NCBI GenBank assembly: GCA_032123335.1
Contig: JAQBFN010000052.1
Span: 1-41,457 of the forward strand
DNA length: 41,457 nt
Source of the DNA: Candidatus Micrarchaeota archaeon
GTDB taxonomy: Archaea; Micrarchaeota; Micrarchaeia; Anstonellales; Bilamarchaeaceae
Direction of reading: 5' to 3'
Within the stretch, counting starts at the first letter, position 1, and each line of letters starts with the position of its first letter. Below the pieces are notes generated by a model that saw only the letters and a program-made list of their open reading frames with translations, made no database searches and was not told where the DNA came from. This document shows positions 35,946-41,457 of the stretch, piece after piece. The position numbers and the translations under genes were made by a program.

Positions 35946-36045
35946 CCGGAACAATTAGCCCGGGGAGAGTTTAAAAAGCAGGGAATATTCCGGCGTAATT
36001 TGGGGTTTATTTGGGTAAAAAATCGGAAAAAACCTTTATAAAAAG

Positions 36046-36065
36046 CCTGCTTTTTCCATAGCAGG
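36046..36065. promoter_or_regulatory. Candidate operator CCTGCT-N8-AGCAGG
   Basis: Inverted repeat between TATA box TTTATAAA (36035-36042) and the GGTGA Shine-Dalgarno motif of ORF 36075; a matching AAAAAGCAGG overlaps the divergent promoter at 35973-35982. Confidence 0.4.
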
Positions 36066-36074
36066 TGATACCAA

Positions 36075-36656
36075 ATGAATGGAAAAACATCTGTAGCCAT
36101 TCTTGCAATTTTCTGCCTGTTTGGCATGAGTTTTGCAGGATTCGGAATGGAAAAAGGAATGGATGGGGAACGCCCGGAGCTTTCCCTGGAAGTAAGGGCC
36201 GATTTCATGCAGGCAATGCATGAAGGGAATTATGAGGCCGCAATGGAGCTCCATGAGGAATATGGGCTTGGCGGGAAGAAGATGGAGCACGCAACCCCTG
36301 AGATGTTTGAGCTTAAGGGAGAGATTTTCTCTGCACAGGTTGCAGGAGACTGGCTTGGGGCAGTAACGCTTCAGGACAAGCTTGCTGCACTCATAATGGA
36401 GAATGTTCAGGCGCACTTCCAGGAAAGGAACGAAGAATGCAAAGCCTTCATGGAAAACGAGGAAGTCCAGGAGCTCATGAAGGAAGCGCGCGAGGCGATG
36501 GAAGCAGGCGATGTGGAGAAAGCAAAGGAAATCCGCGAGCAGCTTCGGGAGATTGTTCCGGATGAGTGTGCACCTCCAATGCGCGGGCCGATGCCCGGAA
36601 TGGGGATGCACAAAGGGGAAAGGGGAATGCAGATGCAGCCCCCGGTTGTGGAGTAA
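36075..36656 (+). CDS. Secreted helical, Met/Glu-rich hypothetical protein
   Basis: Signal peptide ending SFA|G, helical acidic body and a Met/Gly/Pro-rich tail. Confidence 0.85.
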   Translation: MNGKTSVAILAIFCLFGMSFAGFGMEKGMDGERPELSLEVRADFMQAMHEGNYEAAMELHEEYGLGGKKMEHATPEMFELKGEIFSAQVAGDWLGAVTLQDKLAALIMENVQAHFQERNEECKAFMENEEVQELMKEAREAMEAGDVEKAKEIREQLREIVPDECAPPMRGPMPGMGMHKGERGMQMQPPVVE

Positions 36657-36659
36657 TCC

Positions 36660-36718
36660 ATAATCCCCTTTTCTTCTTTTTAGAGAAGTAGAAAAAGAAA
36701 GAATAAGAAAAGAAAAAA
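36660..36718. terminator. Bidirectional T-tract terminator region between convergent genes
   Basis: T-rich run on the plus strand followed by an A-rich run (T-rich on the minus strand). Confidence 0.5.
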
Positions 36719-36964
36719 CTATTTCTTCTCAAGCATGTTGTAGAGCGATACAAAGATGTAGCCGCCTATGAATCCGTCAAGGAATCCATAAACTGTCCCT
36801 AAAATCGCGCCCATAATTCCGGGGCCGTATCCGATGTAAATGCTTCCAATTCCATGGACAAGGCCGAGTCCATATCCTGTCTCGCTAAGGAAGCCCATCA
36901 GGAGGCACGTGATGCCCCAGATGATTCCGCCAGCGAGGCCAAATGCTTTTGGGTTTAAAGCCAT
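36719..36964 (-). CDS. Small two-TM membrane protein (family often auto-labelled holin-like)
   Basis: LNPKAFGLAGGIIWG...YIGY.P...GAILG...GFLDGFIGG......LYN. Confidence 0.8.
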   Translation of the reverse strand: MALNPKAFGLAGGIIWGITCLLMGFLSETGYGLGLVHGIGSIYIGYGPGIMGAILGTVYGFLDGFIGGYIFVSLYNMLEKK

Positions 36965-36997
36965 ACGATCGCCAAATGCATAAATAATTCAAGATTT

Positions 36998-37483
36998 TTA
37001 ATGTTTTTGCTCTGGCTTTGAAATATCGAGATGCAAATAATCGTGCGCATCTGTAGCAGTGAAGCCGAGCCGCATAAGGAGAATGGGCTTCACGTCTTCC
37101 ATGTTTGCATAAATAGAGGATACTTTGTGGCGGGTTGCAATTTCTCTGAGGGTCCTCACGATTAAATCACATGCATCCGCATCTGCAGGGGTTTCCCCAT
37201 ACTCCTTGCTGCCCTTATCCAGGAGTTTCCATTTCATGGATTTTACAACCATTGCTTTCCCTGTGATATAAAAGAATAAATCGCATGAGAGGGTTTTCTT
37301 CTCTCCTGTCTGGCATATGAATGAGATTTTGTGGGCAGGAACACGCATCTTGGTGGTTGCAGTGCGGACCTGTATTCCATACCTCTTTCCGCTGGGGCTC
37401 ATCCTTATCCTGGGGAGCTTGTCTACGCGGCTGTCTCGCTGTGCTGAATAGAGGCGCTGCATTCCGTTTTCCTTTGAATTCAT
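36998..37483 (-). CDS. Hypothetical protein, possibly a degenerate GNAT-like fold
   Basis: 161-aa ORF with a TATA-like element upstream; C-terminal helix-strand-helix-LGF pattern. Confidence 0.6.
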   Translation of the reverse strand: MNSKENGMQRLYSAQRDSRVDKLPRIRMSPSGKRYGIQVRTATTKMRVPAHKISFICQTGEKKTLSCDLFFYITGKAMVVKSMKWKLLDKGSKEYGETPADADACDLIVRTLREIATRHKVSSIYANMEDVKPILLMRLGFTATDAHDYLHLDISKPEQKH

Positions 37484-37599
37484 TGGTTATTATTTATGTA
37501 TAAATAAGTATAAAAAGGTGTGACATTGCGTATCTGGGGCGCTCACGCCTTAGAAACCGTTTTAAAACAAGCAGAATAAAGGGAGAATGGAATGATTTT

Positions 37600-37911
37600 A
37601 TGGCAGTTGAACATCTGAATAGCGAGAGTTTTGATGCTTATGTGGCGGAGGGAGTTGTGCTTCTGGATTTCTGGGCTGAGTGGTGCGGGCCGTGCAGGAT
37701 GCTTGGGCCTATCTTCGAGGAATTGAGCGGGGAAATGGAAGGAGTGAAATTTGCAAAGGTTGATATTACCTCAAGTAAGGAGCTTGCGGATAAATTCGGG
37801 GTAATGAGCATCCCTACGATTATCCTGCTCAAAGATGGGGGGGAAGTTGACAGGATGATGGGGGCTGTACCGAAGGAGCACCTGAAGCAGTGGGTAGAAA
37901 GCAAACTATAG
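37600..37911 (+). CDS. trxA: Thioredoxin
   Basis: DFWAEWCGPC, FAKVD, GVMSIPT. Confidence 0.97.
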   Translation: MAVEHLNSESFDAYVAEGVVLLDFWAEWCGPCRMLGPIFEELSGEMEGVKFAKVDITSSKELADKFGVMSIPTIILLKDGGEVDRMMGAVPKEHLKQWVESKL

Positions 37912-37942
37912 ATATAAAAAGAATAACGGAGATTTGGGAGGC

Positions 37943-38662
37943 ATGAGGGCGCTCGAGAACTCGATTAAGCTCTATAGGGAACGGGCAGGATTCATCCTGC
38001 TTTTCTCACTTCCATTCATTATAGCACTCATTATACCTTCATTGGTCTCCGGGCCTACTTTTATCTCGCTTGGGGGCGTATTCCTCAGGACGGGAAGCAT
38101 TCCGGAAGTTGACCCTGCTGCGGTTGCGCTGATGCTTTCTGCCTATTTGGTTTCGATGTTTCTTATTGCACAGAGCATTGTGAGCATTACGCTATTAGTG
38201 AAGATAAGGAAGACGCAAACTAACCCCACTACTGAGGTGGTGAAGGCACTCAGGAAATATGGGATTGCAATATTCCTTGTATATACTTTTGCTGCGCTGC
38301 TTATCCTTATTGCGCAATTGCTTACTTTTGATTTGGAGATAAGGTCAATCCTGCTCCCCCTATTAATGCTGCTTATTTCTACAATGGTGTTCTTTGTGCC
38401 CCAGGCAATGGTTATAGACAATTACCGGCTTGGGAGGGCAATAGATGTATCCATTACAACGGTTGGGAAGAAATTTGTGGATGTTGTGCTCTGGATACTG
38501 ATTGGGACGCTGCTGCTTACTTTGAGTGAGCTTATTCTATTCATGCTCCCGTATCCACTCGGGTCGTACCTGGTGCTTTTGGTTAATTCGGTGTTTGTGC
38601 TTCCGTTCCTGGTGATTTACCAGGCGCACATCTACATGAAGAAATATGCGCTTGCGCACTAG
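37943..38662 (+). CDS. Hypothetical multi-pass membrane protein
   Basis: About six TM helices; GGGAGG Shine-Dalgarno-like motif before ATG 37943. Confidence 0.82.
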   Translation: MRALENSIKLYRERAGFILLFSLPFIIALIIPSLVSGPTFISLGGVFLRTGSIPEVDPAAVALMLSAYLVSMFLIAQSIVSITLLVKIRKTQTNPTTEVVKALRKYGIAIFLVYTFAALLILIAQLLTFDLEIRSILLPLLMLLISTMVFFVPQAMVIDNYRLGRAIDVSITTVGKKFVDVVLWILIGTLLLTLSELILFMLPYPLGSYLVLLVNSVFVLPFLVIYQAHIYMKKYALAH

Positions 38663-38769
38663 TGTCAAACTGCTCGCAAAAAGCAGTTTGACAGTTGTGT
38701 GGCCAACTGGTTGGCCAGTTGTCGTCAGCAGACGACTCAATTCCACTCACCACCAGTCCCAAACTAGTG
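38657..38769. repeat. Three-hairpin palindromic element bounded by ACTAGTG repeats
   Basis: 12-bp stem 38663-38674/38682-38693; TGGCCAA/TTGGCCA at 38700-38717; GTCGTC/GACGAC at 38721-38736; ACTAGTG at 38658-38664 and 38763-38769. Confidence 0.65.
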
Positions 38770-38808
38770 GAATACTCTATTTTAATGCTTTTTAGGGAAG
38801 TGGAATGC

Positions 38809-39627
38809 ATGAGGAATCCTGCTGTAGCTGGCCAGTTTTACCCTGGGAACAAGAAAGAAGTAGAGGAACTTGTGGGGAAGTGCTTTTCTGAGGCTGGGAA
38901 GAAGGCGAAGCCCGCGGGTGCGTATGCGGGAGTGGCTCCTCATGCTGGATATGTATACTCCGGGGTGCCTGCGGCTGCTACTTTTCTGAGCATTAAGGAA
39001 CTGGAGAATGCGAAAACTGTGGTGGTCGTGGGGCCAAACCATACCGGGGCTGGGGGATTGATTGCGCTTTCCACCGAGGATTGGGAGCTTCCTACGGGCG
39101 TTGTGAAGAACGATAGGGAGTTTGGGGGGGAGATGGTGAAGAGTGCGAACTTCCTGAAGCCGGATGAGGAAGCGCATCGTTTTGAGCATTCAATCGAGGT
39201 GCAGCTTCCGTTTTTGCAGCACGTGAACCCAAAGGCGAAAATTGTGCCGGTGTGCATGATGGAGCAGGGCATTGAGGGGGCACGGGATGTGGCGGATGCG
39301 GTGCTTGCTGCGGAGAAGAAGCTTGGGAGAGAGGTTGTGGTGGTGGCGAGCTCGGATTTCTCGCATTATATCCCTTCTGCGGATGCGGAGGAGAGAGACA
39401 AGAAGGCGATGGGGCATATACTGAAGCTGGATGCGGAGGGGTTCCAGAGGGAGAGGAAGGCCCAGGACTGGAGCATTTGCGGGTATGGGCCAATCAGTGT
39501 TTCTATTCTGTACGCGAAGGCGAAGGGTTCTAAAAAGGGTTTGGAGGTAATGTATACAAATTCCGGGGAGGTTACGGGAGACTATTCCCAGGTGGTCGCT
39601 TACGCGAGCATAATCTTTCCAAGGTGA
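38809..39627 (+). CDS. MEMO1-family protein (AmmeMemoRadiSam system protein B)
   Basis: MRNPAVAGQFYP, PHAGYVYSG, GPNHTG, EHSIEVQLPFLQ, ASSDFSHY, SICGYGP. Start moved to ATG 38809. Confidence 0.94.
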   Translation: MRNPAVAGQFYPGNKKEVEELVGKCFSEAGKKAKPAGAYAGVAPHAGYVYSGVPAAATFLSIKELENAKTVVVVGPNHTGAGGLIALSTEDWELPTGVVKNDREFGGEMVKSANFLKPDEEAHRFEHSIEVQLPFLQHVNPKAKIVPVCMMEQGIEGARDVADAVLAAEKKLGREVVVVASSDFSHYIPSADAEERDKKAMGHILKLDAEGFQRERKAQDWSICGYGPISVSILYAKAKGSKKGLEVMYTNSGEVTGDYSQVVAYASIIFPR

Positions 39628-39633
39628 ACTCTT

Positions 39634-40605
39634 ATGGGAACAAAAGAGAGAAAGGGAGAGCATATTACTGCGGTGCTGAAGAAGGATGTGGAGTACCAGA
39701 AGAGCGCAGGCTTTGAGAATGTGAGGCTCCTGCACAACGCACTCCCCGAGATTGATTATTCTAAAATTGAGCTTAAAACCAAGTTCCTGGGGAAGGAAGT
39801 TACCCCTCTTATGATTACTGCTATTACTGGTGGGTTTACGGGGGCTGTGGAGATAAATAAGCAGCTTGCGGAAACTGCGGAAAAGTATGGGCTTCCTCTT
39901 GGGTTGGGGAGCATGCGCGCAATGGTTGAGGGCGCAGAGGAGGAAAGTTATCTTGTTAAACAGTACTGCCCGAGCGTACCGCTTATTGGGAACATAGGGA
40001 TTGCCCAGCTTGCATCCTATCCTGTGGACAGGATTGAGGGGCTGGTTTCAAAGGCGGAATTGGATGGGATGGCGGTTCATTTGAACCCGCTGCAGGAGGT
40101 GCTGCAGCCCGAGGGGGACAAGAACTTCAAGGGGGCGCTTGAGCTTGTTGGAAAACTGTGCGAGAAGCTTTCTGTGCCGGTTATTGCGAAAGAGACTGGG
40201 GCGGGAATAAACAAGGATGTTGCTGAGAAGCTTAAGGGGGTTGGTGTGGAGTGGATTGATGTTGCAGGGGCAGGGGGAACATCCTGGAGCAAGGTCGAGT
40301 ATGAGCGTGGCGGAACCCCTCCTGGATTTGAGGAGTGGGGAATGCCTACTGTTGATTCGATTCTTATGTGCAAGGGAGTTCTTCCGCTTATTGGGAGTGG
40401 AGGGGTAAGGAGCGGGATAGATGCGGTAAAGGCGATTGTGCTTGGAGCTGATATCGCCGGGGCTGCGAGGCCTTTCCTGCTTGCATATGATTACAAGACG
40501 CTTGATTCCATGGCTTCGGAGTGGGTTGAGCAGATGAAGATTACTGCATTCCTTACGGGATGCAAGAGTTATGAGGAATTGAAAAAGTTGAAGTATGCGC
40601 TTTAG
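39634..40605 (+). CDS. fni: Type 2 isopentenyl-diphosphate delta-isomerase
   Basis: RKGEHI, H.ALPE, TGG, HLNPLQEVLQPEGD, KETG.G, GAGGTSW, SGGVRSG.D. Confidence 0.96.
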   Translation: MGTKERKGEHITAVLKKDVEYQKSAGFENVRLLHNALPEIDYSKIELKTKFLGKEVTPLMITAITGGFTGAVEINKQLAETAEKYGLPLGLGSMRAMVEGAEEESYLVKQYCPSVPLIGNIGIAQLASYPVDRIEGLVSKAELDGMAVHLNPLQEVLQPEGDKNFKGALELVGKLCEKLSVPVIAKETGAGINKDVAEKLKGVGVEWIDVAGAGGTSWSKVEYERGGTPPGFEEWGMPTVDSILMCKGVLPLIGSGGVRSGIDAVKAIVLGADIAGAARPFLLAYDYKTLDSMASEWVEQMKITAFLTGCKSYEELKKLKYAL

Positions 40606-40616
40606 AGGAGATTTTG

Positions 40617-41457
40617 ATGTACGCTGAAATAGGTGAAATCCTTAAGGGAAAGATGGATGGAAAGAAAGTGAGCATTAGGGGCTGGATATTCAGGCAGAGA
40701 AGCAGCGGGAATCTTAATTTCCTGGTTATTCGTGATGCTACCGGCCGTGTGCAGGTAGCGGTAAAGAAGGATAAAGTTGATGAGAAGAGCTGGAAGAATG
40801 CATCTGAAGTGTATATAGAGAGCTCTGTAACTGTTGTTGGGGAAGTAAAGAAGGATGAGAGGGCTCCTGGGGGATGGGAGCTTCAGGTTTCTGAATTTAA
40901 GACTGTGCATCAGGGAGAGCCTTTCCCGATTTCCAAGGATTTGAGCGAGGAGTTCCTTCTGGATGTGAGGCACCTTTGGCTGAGGAGCAGGAAGCTTGCA
41001 TCAATTTTCAAGGCGAGGCATCATTTGGTTAATTATCTTCGTGAGTATTTGGATAAAGAAGGATTCTATGAGACTCCCCCGCCTATTATTACTAAAGCGG
41101 AATGTGAGGGCGGAAGCACGCTCTTTGAAATGGAGTACTTTGGGGAGAAGGCCTATTTGAGCCAGAGCGGGCAGCTTTACCAGGAAGCACTCATCTTTGG
41201 GCTTGGGAAGGTATATGCGTTTGCGCCCTCTTTTCGCGCGGAGAAGAGCAGGACTATTCGGCACCTTGCGGAATACTGGCACCTGGAGCCGGAAATGGCG
41301 TGGTATTCCCAGGAGCAGAACATGAAGCTGCAGGAAGACATGGTTGAATATGCAGTCCAGAAGTTTGCAAAGGAGCATGTGGATTTGCTGGAGGAGCTTG
41401 AGCGCGACCCTAAGGTTCTGCAAAAGGTAAAGGTTCCTTTCCTCAGGATGGATTATG
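40617..41457 (+). CDS. asnS: Asparaginyl-tRNA synthetase, 3'-truncated by the window end (absent from the ORF track)
   Basis: My translation from ATG 40617: MYAEIGEILKG...IRGWIFRQRSSG...FLLDVRHLWLRS...CEGGSTLF...LSQSGQLYQE...FRAEKSRTIRHLAEYWHLEPEMA. Confidence 0.93.
   Translation, partial: MYAEIGEILKGKMDGKKVSIRGWIFRQRSSGNLNFLVIRDATGRVQVAVKKDKVDEKSWKNASEVYIESSVTVVGEVKKDERAPGGWELQVSEFKTVHQGEPFPISKDLSEEFLLDVRHLWLRSRKLASIFKARHHLVNYLREYLDKEGFYETPPPIITKAECEGGSTLFEMEYFGEKAYLSQSGQLYQEALIFGLGKVYAFAPSFRAEKSRTIRHLAEYWHLEPEMAWYSQEQNMKLQEDMVEYAVQKFAKEHVDLLEELERDPKVLQKVKVPFLRMDY

Noticed and set aside
30012..37560. Integrative element or provirus at tRNA-Ser
   Set aside because: The block looks accessory, but I found no integrase, no repeat of the tRNA 3' end and no virion genes; the holin-like label alone is not evidence of a virus.
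38695..38808. N-terminal extension of MEMO1 in the ORF track
   Set aside because: It runs through the hairpin element; the family-typical start MRNPAVAG is at 38809 with a TATA-like element about 23 nt upstream.

Overview
Archaeal genomic window, most consistent with a DPANN lineage (Micrarchaeota-like; taxonomy is inferred, not measured). It starts with the 5' end of a minus-strand 16S rRNA gene. Most of it is housekeeping DNA: ABCE1/RLI, Alba, AspRS, ArgF, ArgRS, Rio1-aIF1A-aIF2beta, AhcY with an MTA/SAH deaminase, rpl1-P0-P1, a reduced exosome superoperon (SBDS-Rrp4-Rrp41-Rrp42-L37Ae-RpoP-Pcc1-PfdB-DHH), PurA, tRNA-Ser(TGA), thioredoxin, MEMO1, Fni and a truncated AsnRS. The most notable items are: (1) a 1597-aa secreted protein with a long beta-barrel-like C-terminal half, preceded by a nested, self-similar structured leader and followed by a possible SecB-like chaperone gene; (2) an unannotated 45-aa RpoP (Rpo12) that lacks all four zinc-ribbon cysteines; (3) an accessory block after tRNA-Ser with a T4 endonuclease V homologue and a bacterial-type acid-resistance operon (GadC-like antiporter, wing-domain Lys/Arg/Orn decarboxylase, HdeD); (4) a recoded duplicate of the aspS 3' end; and (5) a set of intergenic palindromic elements with a shared architecture. 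All product calls come from motif recognition only; no searches were run.
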